The notes: a model not told the origin generated them from the sequence alone. Positions 1 to 9,095 are shown, counted from the first letter of the stretch. The stretch: DNA of 22,195 nucleotides from an uncultured Pseudanabaenaceae cyanobacterium (GCA_938015405.1 CALLPZ010000256.1:1-22195); one strand, 5' to 3'. Program-made: numbers and translations.

Positions 1-135
1 CCGTCGTAGCGCCACGATTTCGGCGTAGGATGATAGCTTCTCAAATCGGTTGAACCGAGCCGCAGCAACCATCACTGCGACTCAAATCGCACCGACCACA
101 ACATTCATTGGCACCACTGGGAGAGGAGACACAGC

Positions 136-1059
136 ATGGGAGCACTCACCGGACGTAATCTACTCAGCCTTGCGGAACTTAGCGCGGGCGAGATCGCCGA
201 GCTCCTCAAACTGGCGGGCGAGCTCAAAGCGGGTAAGCTCAAGCCTCGCACCGACAAAACCCTCGGCCTCGTCTTCTCCAAAGCTTCGACCCGCACCCGC
301 GTCAGCTTCTCCACGGCCATGTTCCAAATGGGGGGCAACGTTCTGGATCTCAATGCCAGCATTAGCCAGGTGGGTCGCGGTGAGCCCGTGCAGGATACGG
401 CAAGGGTGCTGAGCCGGTATTTGGATGCGATCGCCGTCCGTACCTTCGCCCAAGCCGACCTGGAAACCTACGCTAAATACGCCGACGTCCCCGTCATCAA
501 CGCCCTAACTGACCTCTACCACCCCTGCCAAGTCCTAGCTGACTTGCAAACCCTCCAGGAAAACTTCGGCGACCTTAAGGGCCTGACCCTGACCTACTGT
601 GGTGACGGCAACAATATGGCCCACTCCATTCTCTTGGGTTGTGCCCTCACTGGCGTCAACTGCCGCATCGCTGCTCCAGAAGGCTTCCAGCCCCTGCCCG
701 AGGTGGTAGAGCAGGCCAAGGCCCTGCGCATCGACAGCAGCAGTGAAATCACCATCACCACCGACCCCCAAGCTGCCGCCACCGGAGCCGACGCCCTCTA
801 CACTGACGTTTGGGCCAGCATGGGGCAAGAGGACGAAGCTGACGATCGCCTCCCCCGCTTCACCCCTTACCAAATCAACGACGACCTAATGAAACTGGCC
901 AAGCCAGAAGCCATCGTCCTCCACTGCCTCCCCGCCCACCGGGAAGAAGAGATCACAGAATCCGTCCTCGAAGGTTCCCAATCCCGAGTTTGGGACCAGG
1001 CCGAGAACCGCCTCCATGCTCAAAAATCACTACTCGTCAGCTTGTTAGGGCTGCTGTAA
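136..1059 (+). CDS. argF: ornithine carbamoyltransferase
   Basis: 307-aa ORF with the carbamoyl-phosphate motif STRTRVSF, the SMG motif (WASMGQE) and the C-terminal HCLPAHREEE ornithine-binding motif. The HCLP and SMG motifs are typical of OTCase rather than ATCase. Confidence 0.93.
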   Translation: MGALTGRNLLSLAELSAGEIAELLKLAGELKAGKLKPRTDKTLGLVFSKASTRTRVSFSTAMFQMGGNVLDLNASISQVGRGEPVQDTARVLSRYLDAIAVRTFAQADLETYAKYADVPVINALTDLYHPCQVLADLQTLQENFGDLKGLTLTYCGDGNNMAHSILLGCALTGVNCRIAAPEGFQPLPEVVEQAKALRIDSSSEITITTDPQAAATGADALYTDVWASMGQEDEADDRLPRFTPYQINDDLMKLAKPEAIVLHCLPAHREEEITESVLEGSQSRVWDQAENRLHAQKSLLVSLLGLL

Positions 1060-1190
1060 GCGCAACTGACTTGCTGTACGAACCACTCAGTTCGCTTTCT
1101 CCAGAGCTGTAAGGGCAACCCTCCCAAAACCGCCATCGCCAGGCGATACAGACGTTCTAGATTAAATTATTTGGGTCATCGCCCAAACAA

Positions 1191-1241
1191 CTAGTACAAA
1201 GGTATGGACAATCCTTCATTTGTAGGATACAAGTGTTCTAG
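1191..1241 (+). promoter_or_regulatory. candidate LexA operator half-sites upstream of lexA (TAGTAC ... TGTTCTA)
   Basis: CTAGTACaaaGGTATG at 1191-1206 fits the cyanobacterial LexA box consensus RGTACNNNDGTWCB with one mismatch. A TGTTCTAG half-site lies at 1234-1241 and a GTTCTAG at 1154-1160. All are within 80 nt of the lexA ATG. Consensus recalled from memory. Confidence 0.25.
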
Positions 1242-1268
1242 GGAACGATGTAAACCCTTACAGACACC

Positions 1269-1877
1269 ATGGAAAAGCTAACAGGTCCTCAACAAGAACT
1301 CTTCGACTGGTTGGTCGAATATATCGGTGAGAATCAACATGCACCGTCTATTCGCCAGATGATGCGAGCGATGGATTTGCGATCGCCCGCTCCAGTTCAG
1401 AGTCGTTTGAAGCACCTTCAAAAGAAGGGCTATATCGACTGGGATGAGGGCCAGGCTCGCACCATTCGGATTTTGACCGAGAAAGGAATTCCCCTCCAGG
1501 GCGCGATCGCAGCCGGTAGCATGGTGGATGTGTTTACGGACAGCGTCGAGCGTCTAGACCTCAGTGACGTGTTCCAAGACCCTGAATGCTATGCCTTGCG
1601 GGTTAGGGGCGACAGCATGATCGATGCCCACATCGACCAGGGCGACATTGTAATTATGCGAAAAGTGAAAGACCCTTCTCGGCTTAAAGAAGGCACCATC
1701 GTCGCAGCTCGCTTTGAGGGACAAACCACCCTGAAGTACTTCCATCGCGATAGCGATAACATCGTGCTCAAGCCTGCCAACGAGAACTACGAGCCCATCG
1801 TCGTTCCTGGCATCAACCTTGAAGTGGATGGCATGTTAGTTGGCGTGTGGCGTGGCTACGGCACCACTTACGTCTAG
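1269..1877 (+). CDS. lexA: LexA repressor (S24 peptidase family)
   Basis: 202 aa. N-terminal winged-helix region (SIRQMMRAMDLRSPAPVQSRLKHLQKKGYI), Ala-Gly self-cleavage site (AIAAGSM), S24 Ser/Lys dyad region (RVRGDSMIDA ... IVIMRK) and C-terminal beta-rich domain. Confidence 0.9.
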   Translation: MEKLTGPQQELFDWLVEYIGENQHAPSIRQMMRAMDLRSPAPVQSRLKHLQKKGYIDWDEGQARTIRILTEKGIPLQGAIAAGSMVDVFTDSVERLDLSDVFQDPECYALRVRGDSMIDAHIDQGDIVIMRKVKDPSRLKEGTIVAARFEGQTTLKYFHRDSDNIVLKPANENYEPIVVPGINLEVDGMLVGVWRGYGTTYV

Positions 1878-1905
1878 AGTTCAGTTCGCCAATAATCTGG
1901 TTGGA

Positions 1906-1940
1906 GCCTCAGTTGCGCGTCGCAGTTGAGGCTTTTGCTT
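1906..1940. terminator. putative bidirectional Rho-independent terminator between lexA (+) and the GNAT gene (-)
   Basis: GCCTCA(1906-1911)...TGAGGC(1927-1932) stem with an inner GC-rich segment, followed by TTTTGCTT. Sits between convergent stops at 1877 and 1963. Confidence 0.45.
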
Positions 1941-1962
1941 GTCTAAGGCCTGAACAACTGTG

Positions 1963-2514
1963 CTAGGCCGGAGAGATGACTTGCAGGCCATACAAGACAA
2001 GCTCACCCTCGTAGTATTTGCCGGTTCGGCCTAAATCTTTCATGCCTAGCCGCTGCATCACTCGCACCGATGCCACGTTCACAGGCTGGGCAACGGCGTA
2101 AATGTCTCTAAGCCCTAATTCGTTAATCCCCCAGTCCATCAGCGACCGAGCCGCCTCAGTTGCATAGCCATGTCCCCAAGCAGACTGACGTAAGTTCCAG
2201 CCAATCTCCCAATCTCCCGTAGGCCTACCTTGGGGATCGGGTAGTTGTTTTAGTACGACTGTTCCGAGAGGCTGCGGTACGGAGGCTTCACCAGCAGGCT
2301 CATTCGGAACAATCGCCAAGTACCAGCCCTCCTGCTGCGCCATCAGCTTCTCCCAGTGGAAAATCTTGGCTGCGGTGTAGTCCAGGCTGGGCATAGGCTT
2401 CCCCTCAGCGAGATATTGCATGACGATGGGGTCGCTGTATATTTCGTAAGCGATCGCCGCTTCTGAAGCATCCCAGGGACGCAGAAGTAATCGTTGCGTT
2501 TTGAGTTGGAGCAT
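1963..2514 (-). CDS. GNAT family N-acetyltransferase (RimJ/RimL-like)
   Basis: 183 aa. Starts MLQLKTQRLLLRPWDASEA, typical of the RimL-type GNAT N-terminus. Acetyl-CoA binding region WNLRQSAWGHGYATEAARSLMDW, and C-terminal VRVMQRLGMK. Confidence 0.8.
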   Translation of the reverse strand: MLQLKTQRLLLRPWDASEAAIAYEIYSDPIVMQYLAEGKPMPSLDYTAAKIFHWEKLMAQQEGWYLAIVPNEPAGEASVPQPLGTVVLKQLPDPQGRPTGDWEIGWNLRQSAWGHGYATEAARSLMDWGINELGLRDIYAVAQPVNVASVRVMQRLGMKDLGRTGKYYEGELVLYGLQVISPA

Positions 2515-2608
2515 CTGAATTTAGCACCGATGAAACTTACGTTTTCACTGCTTCGCGCTGTTGCCCAATAGCCATGCTGCAGGAGCGCACTTTTATTTCA
2601 TAGTGCAT

Positions 2609-4924
2609 TTATTTCACGACACAGTGGGGAAACCGCTGGGCCAGCGCCGTCACAGCTGGGCAAGCTGGTCTTGCATCCACATTCTCCGGCTTACTCCAGC
2701 TAAACGGAGCCTCCTTTGCCGCCCCCATCCACAGCAGTCGCTTCGCCCGCGTCATCGCCACATAGAGCAAGCGAAATTCCTCCCCCTGCTTCAACTGACA
2801 GGCCCGTTTCCAAGCCTCATCTAAATTGGGCAATCGCATCTCAGCCATGGCCTCGGCTTCATGCAAATAGGTGCGAATCTGCGCCCGCGCCACCTCCGCC
2901 AAGGTAAAGTCGCCCAAGAACTTTCCCTGAGGCGGTACCCAGGGCGTTCCAGGAATCATTTGCAACTGCAAAAACGGCAAAAACACATGGTCCCAATCCA
3001 GCCCCTTGGCCTTGTGCATCGTAATCACCGTCACCTGCCCCACCCGCGTATAGCGAGACTCCGCCTCCTCCAAATCCACACCATCAAACCGCTCCGCACT
3101 GACGATATCCACCAGCACCGCAATCACTGCTGCCAGAGACAATTCACCGCCCACGCGACGTAGGGCCTGATCCGCCAACTTATCCGCCGTGGCTAGCTCC
3201 GCTGCTTCATAGTTAAGCGTCATCGCCAGAAATGACATCAGTTCCAAGGTGGGCAGGGCCAGGCGGGCCTGGAGCAGACCATTGCAATAGCGTCTCGCTT
3301 CTTGAACCTTGGGAGGCTGAGGCCCATCCAGCGGGCCAGGATAGAGAAACTGTTCTGGCGAACTGGCCAAAACATTCAAATCCTGAGGTGGAATCAGCTG
3401 TCGCTTGGCCAGGGTCGCGAGGGCTGCCTTGAGGTTATCGGGAGAATGGGGTCGCTGGATAAATTGCAGCAGCGTCAAGATCTCTCGGGGCACAGCGGAC
3501 TGGCGATCGCTTGCCCCCACTTCATAAATGGGAATGTCATGGTCATCCTGAAGCACCGCCAATTGCTGTGCCAACCATCGCCCCTGCTTGTTCTCCCGCA
3601 CCAAAACCGCAGCCTGAGTTCGACCATCTTGCTTAAACAACTGCAGGAGGCGATCGCGAATCTGCCCCACCGTCTCCACAGTATTCTGGGGAAAATGCAA
3701 CTCCAAGCCCAGACCGACCGGCTCTGGATTGGCATTAGGCTGGGGGTCATCCTGGGGAACGGGCTGGATATGCTGGGATTCAAACGGTGCAATGGCATCG
3801 GCACCATATTTAAGATTGACCCAGTCCAAAACGAAGTTGGCTGCATCCAGAATAATTGGGCTACTGCGCCCCGATTGGTTCATAGTGACAAAGCGATTCT
3901 TGGGCTTAGCGCGATCGCAAAATCGTCGAAAGAAAATCGGATCCGCAGGGGTAAACGTGGAATTAATCGCCTGATTGGGGTCACCCACCCGAATCAAATC
4001 TGGGCTTGCCTCCGGCTGATCGGCTCGCCGCCCCAGCACCTCTAGCAGTTGAGTCTGCAACGGTGTGGAGTCCTGGGCCTCATCCTCAAACACCGCGAAA
4101 CATTGCTCCTGCCAAAAAGCGCGAGTGTCTGGGTCACGCAAGACTTTGAGCGCCGCCAAAATCATGTCGTCGTAATCAATCAGTCCCCGACCCTGGAGCA
4201 TGCCCTGGTAGCGATCGTAGAGACCGGCGGCGATCGCCAACACGTCATAGCTAGCTGTAGAGTTTGTTGCGACCTGGGCTCCTTCAGCCAATTCCATTAG
4301 CTGGGGGGGCAGTAATCCCGAACTCTTGGCTTCATGAATCACCGTCGTCGCTAGGCTGGGCAACACCTCCGTGCGCAAAACGCCCTGGCGGCGCAACCGC
4401 TCCGTCTCCTCGCCATCAAACGATTGCCCCAAAATCAGAGATTGGTAAGCGGCAGGAGAATCAGCAATCCACTGGTCAATGCAGCTACGGATGAGGCGAT
4501 GGCTTTGGTTGGCGCTAACCAGGGAGCTGTCTTGCAAGTTGAGGCCGGATAGCTCGGGATGGCGATTGGCAATGCTAAGGGCCAGGCCATGGAGCGTGTT
4601 GACCGAAAAACCAGTCGTGGGGAAGGAGAGCGATCGCAATTCCTGACGAATCTTGGCCTTCAGGTTCGTTGCAGCAGAACGAGTGAAGGTGACAACAATC
4701 AGCTGTCGCCTCAGATTCAGGCGATTCCGAGCAATGGTAATGGCCGCTGCCCCTGCCATCCCGGTAGACTTTCCGGCACCTGGCACCGCTGACACTGCCA
4801 GCTCTCCCCCCTGCCAATCCGCCATTTGCTGCTGCCCCGCCCGCAGACGACGGCGTATGGATTCAATCGCCTCAAGCGTTTGTTGAGGCAAATCAGACTG
4901 GATTGAAACGGGAGCAGAAGCCAT
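2609..4924 (-). CDS. UvrD/Rep/PcrA-family superfamily-1 DNA helicase
   Basis: 771 aa. N-terminal Walker A (AVSAVPGAGKSTGMA), a second nucleotide-binding region, and the C-terminal helicase motif VI LLYVAMTRAKRLLWM. Confidence 0.82.
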   Translation of the reverse strand: MASAPVSIQSDLPQQTLEAIESIRRRLRAGQQQMADWQGGELAVSAVPGAGKSTGMAGAAAITIARNRLNLRRQLIVVTFTRSAATNLKAKIRQELRSLSFPTTGFSVNTLHGLALSIANRHPELSGLNLQDSSLVSANQSHRLIRSCIDQWIADSPAAYQSLILGQSFDGEETERLRRQGVLRTEVLPSLATTVIHEAKSSGLLPPQLMELAEGAQVATNSTASYDVLAIAAGLYDRYQGMLQGRGLIDYDDMILAALKVLRDPDTRAFWQEQCFAVFEDEAQDSTPLQTQLLEVLGRRADQPEASPDLIRVGDPNQAINSTFTPADPIFFRRFCDRAKPKNRFVTMNQSGRSSPIILDAANFVLDWVNLKYGADAIAPFESQHIQPVPQDDPQPNANPEPVGLGLELHFPQNTVETVGQIRDRLLQLFKQDGRTQAAVLVRENKQGRWLAQQLAVLQDDHDIPIYEVGASDRQSAVPREILTLLQFIQRPHSPDNLKAALATLAKRQLIPPQDLNVLASSPEQFLYPGPLDGPQPPKVQEARRYCNGLLQARLALPTLELMSFLAMTLNYEAAELATADKLADQALRRVGGELSLAAVIAVLVDIVSAERFDGVDLEEAESRYTRVGQVTVITMHKAKGLDWDHVFLPFLQLQMIPGTPWVPPQGKFLGDFTLAEVARAQIRTYLHEAEAMAEMRLPNLDEAWKRACQLKQGEEFRLLYVAMTRAKRLLWMGAAKEAPFSWSKPENVDARPACPAVTALAQRFPHCVVK

Positions 4925-5084
4925 GGTGGCATAGAAGGGTGGTTAGAGTCCCTGGAGCGCGCATCCGCTAACACCACGCCTGATTAGACTGGCAGCGAGG
5001 CTGGAAGCAACCGTTTGGGTAAACCAACAACCCCCAGCAGAGAAACCGAGCTCCACTCCATAGGAAGCCCCGGTAGCCCTAGCA

Positions 5085-5348
5085 CTAGTCCTTCGCGACA
5101 GTGAAAATCTGGCGAATCTTTTGCACATTATCCTGGAGCTGTCGGTTAATGTGCTCCTTCAAGGCCTTAACTCGGCCCCCTGCGAAGGTATCAAAACCAG
5201 GAATCTTTTCCGCAAACAGAAATAACAGCGCGAGCAGAACGACAGCAAGCTTAGGCACAACGAACAGCAACGCCGCGATCGCCCACCACTCTAGACCAAA
5301 CGCTTCCAGGCCCAATCCTTCTAAACCAATTCCTTCGAAAATAGACAA
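5085..5348 (-). CDS. divergent TatB/TatA-like small membrane protein
   Basis: 87 aa. Hydrophobic helix (WWAIAALLFVVPKLAVVLLALLFLF) followed by an amphipathic segment AEKIPGFDTFAGGRVKALKEHINRQLQDN. This aligns by eye with the TatB hinge and amphipathic helix ([23 protein letters not shown]). Lies directly downstream of the canonical tatA on the same strand. Confidence 0.4.
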   Translation of the reverse strand: MSIFEGIGLEGLGLEAFGLEWWAIAALLFVVPKLAVVLLALLFLFAEKIPGFDTFAGGRVKALKEHINRQLQDNVQKIRQIFTVAKD

Positions 5349-5550
5349 AGCCTAGCGCTCCTCGGAACAGACAGAACTGACAGTCCGACCTCATCACTGC
5401 AGTGAATATCGGTGCAGGTGATTTAACCTAGTTAGCCGCCTGATGTTTTAAGGCTGCCCAGGATAAGCCGACTGTCAGAGGAAATGAAACATAGTGAAAT
5501 TATTTAGGCAGACTTCAGCATTGACGGTCAATGGAAGCCTCATTAGCTGG

Positions 5551-5733
5551 CTAACGATCAATTATCTTTGATTCGTCCCGTTCAGCGACCTCTTCTCCTT
5601 CGCCCTTAATCTCTTCTTTGAAGCCACGCAAAGTTTTGCCAAAGGCGGCACCGAACTCAGGAATTTTCTTGGGACCAAAGACAAGTACGGCCAAACCAAC
5701 CACTAGGGCTACTTCAACCCAGCCAATGTTCAT
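5551..5733 (-). CDS. tatA: Sec-independent protein translocase subunit TatA
   Basis: Start taken at the internal Met (ATG at 5733), not the longer ORF-track start. The product MNIGWVEVALVVGLAVLVFGPKKIPEFGAAFGKTLRGFKEEIKGE... is a textbook TatA (TM helix, FGPKK hinge, amphipathic helix). Confidence 0.85.
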   Translation of the reverse strand: MNIGWVEVALVVGLAVLVFGPKKIPEFGAAFGKTLRGFKEEIKGEGEEVAERDESKIIDR

Positions 5734-6025
5734 GCGATAACTCCTAACCCCTGGGGATTGTTCAGTAGTCCAACCGGACCATACGCCTGTAGCTTCTAGA
5801 GATGTATTCAGCAACACACTTAAGACACAGCCGCTTTTCCATCTTAGCGGTTCGGGGCTTGGCTTTAGTAGCCTCTTGCACAGCAGCTGTCATCGGATTG
5901 AATTAAGCGAAAAACCAGGATTCTCGCGAAATCAAGAGCCCCAAGCTCTCAGGAAACTCACCCGAATGCAGGCACTCTGCTGACTCATTCAAGATGAGTC
6001 ACCCCTTGATGTAGACCGAAAGGAC

Positions 6026-6154
6026 TTACCCAGCAAACCCTGCTAGAAAAAGAAGCACCGCTAGACTCACGGCCCCCAAAAGAAGGACTTTGCCTGCATT
6101 GGGACTCCCCTTCCAAGAATAATTCGGATCCTTAGCAGGTTTTTTATTGGGCAT
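6026..6154 (-). CDS. candidate small membrane protein (42 aa), absent from the ORF track
   Basis: ATG at 6154, TAA at 6026. Product MPNKKPAKDPNYSWKGSPNAGKVLLLGAVSLAVLLFLAGFAG has a basic/polar N-terminus followed by a single clean TM helix. AAGGAA lies about 13 nt upstream. It is the only coherent ORF in the 600-bp ORF-free stretch 5818-6415. Confidence 0.3.
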   Translation of the reverse strand: MPNKKPAKDPNYSWKGSPNAGKVLLLGAVSLAVLLFLAGFAG

Positions 6155-6415
6155 TAGAGATTCATTCCTTAAAAATTCCGAGACTCACCCCCAATGGGGC
6201 AAGAAATCTAAAGGCTCCAATCCAGTCAAAGTCCATCTATCCAGCACCTGGAAAAGCGCTTTCTGAGAAAGTCTCTGTCGAAGCCTCCATTCAAATGTAA
6301 CAATTCATAGAGGCCTTATTCGCAGTTTCCGCCCGCTGAGCGTTGTCCGTTACAGTTTAAATCTGGTGACATAAGCTCAACTTGGTGTCATAGCTCAAAA
6401 GCCTAAGCCCGCTGC

Positions 6416-7189
6416 TTGACCTTTTCTTCCAAAACCATGACCGAAACCGTTCAAGCTCCAACGACGCCTTCGCTGCGAGAACAACAGCATCCCCTCGTTC
6501 GAAAGCTAGCGGACCGGATCGAGTACATCTGGGCTAAACACCTGGACCTCTCTCCCTATGAGATGCCAGAGGACCTCGGCTATGTAGAAGGTCGCCTGGA
6601 AGGGGAGCGGGTAACCATTGAGAACCACTGCTACCAAACGCCCCAGTTTCGTAAGCTACATCTGGAGTTGGCGAAGGTCGGTCCATCATTGGATATCCTT
6701 CACTGCGTCATGTTTCCTCGGGTGAACTACGCGCTCCCTATGTTTGGCAATGACTTGGTGGGTAGCAGCAAGGCAGGCATCAGCGCAGCGATCGTGGACT
6801 TGTCGCCCATCAATGCTGCCCGTGAGCTGCCCAAAATCTACGACATGCAGCTATCAGCATTGCCTGAGACTGAATTTTCTGAGCACCGGGAGCTACCGGG
6901 TTGGGGGGATATTTTCTCGCCCCACTGCGTTTTTGTGCGCCCCATGGATGAGGATGAGGAACTGGACTTCCTCGCCAAAGTGGAAGCCTACCTCACCATC
7001 CACTGCCAGCACGCCGCCAACGCCAAGCCAGTCGAAACGGCAGCTGAAGAAGCGGAGTTATTAGCAGCCCAGCGCTACTACTGCGCCAAGCAGCATGAAA
7101 ATGACAAGACCAAGCGAGTTTTGCAAAAGGCTTTCGGAGATGAGTGGGCCGAGCGTTATATGAAAACAATGCTATTTGACACGGTTTAA
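6416..7189 (+). CDS. pcyA: phycocyanobilin:ferredoxin oxidoreductase
   Basis: 257 aa with the hallmark ferredoxin-dependent bilin reductase motifs PEDLGYVEGRLEGE, IENHCYQTPQFRKLHLELAKVG, LDILHCVMFP, AAIVDLSP and the C-terminal NDKTKRVLQKAFGDEWAERYM. These match PcyA closely as I recall the Synechocystis sequence. Confidence 0.92.
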   Translation: MTFSSKTMTETVQAPTTPSLREQQHPLVRKLADRIEYIWAKHLDLSPYEMPEDLGYVEGRLEGERVTIENHCYQTPQFRKLHLELAKVGPSLDILHCVMFPRVNYALPMFGNDLVGSSKAGISAAIVDLSPINAARELPKIYDMQLSALPETEFSEHRELPGWGDIFSPHCVFVRPMDEDEELDFLAKVEAYLTIHCQHAANAKPVETAAEEAELLAAQRYYCAKQHENDKTKRVLQKAFGDEWAERYMKTMLFDTV

Positions 7190-7371
7190 GCGACTGCTCT
7201 TGAGGCATTAGCCCAGATACAGCAAAGCTTCGCCCAAGCAATGCCTGAGTTCGCCCAGGCTGCTCAGCCCTCTCCCCAGAAATTAGGGCAAATTCGGAGC
7301 TGCTGAAAAGCCTGTTTTTGCATTTGGTTCCGCTTCTCGCTCAGTAGAAGGGGCTCAGGGATGAGGTCAAT

Positions 7372-7401
7372 GTTAGGCCTGTCGAAGTTAGGCCTATCGA
7401 A
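7372..7401. repeat. tandem 15-nt direct repeat (GTTAGGCCTRTCGAA x2)
   Basis: Units at 7372-7386 and 7387-7401 differ at one position. Located in the convergent 3' region between pcyA and the PPK2 gene. Confidence 0.5.
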
Positions 7402-7530
7402 AACTGAGTTGAAACGATGGCCCGAAACCTTCGAGCCGGGCGAGGTTTTGTCTTGCAAGAATGGTTTGCTTTTACGAGCCTTAGACCCAGACCTCGCCCC
7501 CAGTGCATAATCAACCGAATCAAGCAGCGC

Positions 7531-8403
7531 CTAATCCTTTTCCGCTTCTAGAGCAGCTTTGGCTTCCTGAAGTCTCTGCTTGTGCTCATCACTAACTTCG
7601 GGGTACTGGAGCTTGAGCGCCTTGAGGCGATCGCTAATAATCTCTGCAACGGTCCAGCGCATAAACTTCTTATCGTCCGCTGGAATCACATACCAAGGAG
7701 CAGCCTCGGTGCTGGTATTGCTCAACATGTCCTCATAGGCCTTTTGGTAGTCATCCCACAGGGCACGCTCCTTAAGGTCAGAATGGGAGAATTTCCAGTT
7801 TTTCTCGGGCCGATTGATGCGGTCTAAAAAGCGCTTCTTCTGCTCAGCTTTGGAGACGTTCAAGAAAAACTTGATCACCATGACGCCATTATTCGTCAGA
7901 TACTCCTCAAAGTTGTTGATTTCCTGGAACCGCTGCTTCCAAATCCCCTTGCCAGTTTTGAGTGCCTCCGGCAGCTGCTGCCCAGCCAAAAACTCGGGGT
8001 GGACTCGCACCACCAAGACCTCCTCGTAATAGGAGCGATTAAAGATGCCGATCCGCCCCCGCTCGGGCAGAGCTTTCATATTACGCCAGAGGTAAGTGTG
8101 GTCACGTTCCTCGGCAGAGGGAGACTTGAAACTAAACACCTGACAGCCCTGGGGGTTCACCCCAGACATCACATGTTTGATTGTGCTGTCCTTGCCCGCC
8201 GCATCCATCGCCTGGAAAACCAGCAAAACGGAATGGGTATTGGAGGCATAGAGGACATCCTGATACTTGGCTAATCGCTCCACACCTACTTTGAGCGCAG
8301 CCTTGGCTTCCGCCTTATCCTTAAACTTGCCGCTTTCTTGGGTCTTATGTTTTTTGAGGGAAACTTTGCTACCGGGCTTGATTAGAAAGGGAGAGGAAGC
8401 CAT
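7531..8403 (-). CDS. PPK2-family polyphosphate:nucleotide phosphotransferase
   Basis: 290 aa. Walker A-like MDAAGKDSTIKHV, Walker B/lid regions (IFNRSYYEEVLVVRVHP) and characteristic PPK2 C-terminal segments (WYVIPADDKKFMRW). Confidence 0.88.
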   Translation of the reverse strand: MASSPFLIKPGSKVSLKKHKTQESGKFKDKAEAKAALKVGVERLAKYQDVLYASNTHSVLLVFQAMDAAGKDSTIKHVMSGVNPQGCQVFSFKSPSAEERDHTYLWRNMKALPERGRIGIFNRSYYEEVLVVRVHPEFLAGQQLPEALKTGKGIWKQRFQEINNFEEYLTNNGVMVIKFFLNVSKAEQKKRFLDRINRPEKNWKFSHSDLKERALWDDYQKAYEDMLSNTSTEAAPWYVIPADDKKFMRWTVAEIISDRLKALKLQYPEVSDEHKQRLQEAKAALEAEKD

Positions 8404-8526
8404 AGAGTGGGGGCGATCGCGTCAGAACTAACCGCAGTCTAAGAGCTTCGACAGGAACAAACAGAGATTCGTCAGCTTTCTTAGTGCAAGTCTGCCACCC
8501 AAGCAAGACTCGGCCAGCAAGAGTCC

Positions 8527-9042
8527 ATGATTAAGCGACGTAGACCCAAGCAATGGTTGATTGATGGACCGGCAGGGGTGGGCTTGATGACGATCGCCCT
8601 GCTGAGCATCGTCGTCGCCATCAACAACATGGTGCTGTCAGCAACGCTAAAATGCGATCGCAACCTCGACCAAACTATTAGCTGCCAAATCACAACCCGG
8701 CTTCTCAACGGTCAAGAGCAACTCACCCTCCATCCCGTGACCTCAGCCAAAGCAGACAGCATCCCCAATACCTACAAAGAAGGCAAAGGTTACAGCTACC
8801 TCCACCACGTGGCTCTCCATACCCCCACCAAATCTGCCTTGCTCCCGCTACCTCGCCCCAATGCCCAAAGCCAGGCTGAGCTCACAACCGAAATCAATCG
8901 GTTCATCAACTCCAGCCAGACTCAATTCAACCTGACCCTTCACCCCAGTACCAAGACTTATCTAGGCAATGCCTTCATCGGCCTCATCTTAATGAGCATG
9001 GGCATTTGGGGTGGAATCTTCCTCAGTCGCGGCATGGATTAA
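8527..9042 (+). CDS. hypothetical membrane protein (two terminal TM helices)
   Basis: 171 aa. N-terminal TM (GVGLMTIALLSIVVAINNMVL) and C-terminal TM (FIGLILMSMGIWGGIFL) flank a polar domain of about 110 residues. Ends 53 bp upstream of the lyase-like gene on the same strand. Start codon uncertain. Confidence 0.45.
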   Translation: MIKRRRPKQWLIDGPAGVGLMTIALLSIVVAINNMVLSATLKCDRNLDQTISCQITTRLLNGQEQLTLHPVTSAKADSIPNTYKEGKGYSYLHHVALHTPTKSALLPLPRPNAQSQAELTTEINRFINSSQTQFNLTLHPSTKTYLGNAFIGLILMSMGIWGGIFLSRGMD

Positions 9043-9095
9043 ATCCCCTCAGCGCCATCAATTCCTGATTCATTTCCCAGCGTTCGCACAACTCC

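Noticed and set aside
50-412. 120-aa plus-strand ORF starting upstream of argF
   Set aside because: It overlaps argF in another frame and gives a low-complexity Ala/Ser/Pro-rich product. argF has strong motif support, so this is a GC-rich frame artefact.
3302-4045. 247-aa plus-strand ORF (and several 60-120-aa ORFs) antisense to the helicase gene
   Set aside because: They lie entirely within the well-supported minus-strand helicase CDS and have no recognisable motifs. These are typical long antisense frames in GC-rich coding DNA.
5101-5355. 84-aa plus-strand ORF overlapping the TatB-like gene
   Set aside because: The product is low-complexity Ser/Asn/Pro-rich. The opposite strand encodes a TM helix plus Tat-like amphipathic helix and sits in tandem with tatA.
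5551-5817. Longer 88-aa version of the tatA ORF starting at 5817
   Set aside because: The extra 28 N-terminal residues are non-hydrophobic and precede a perfect TatA start (MNIGWVEVALVV...). TatA proteins begin directly at the TM helix, so the internal ATG at 5733 was chosen.
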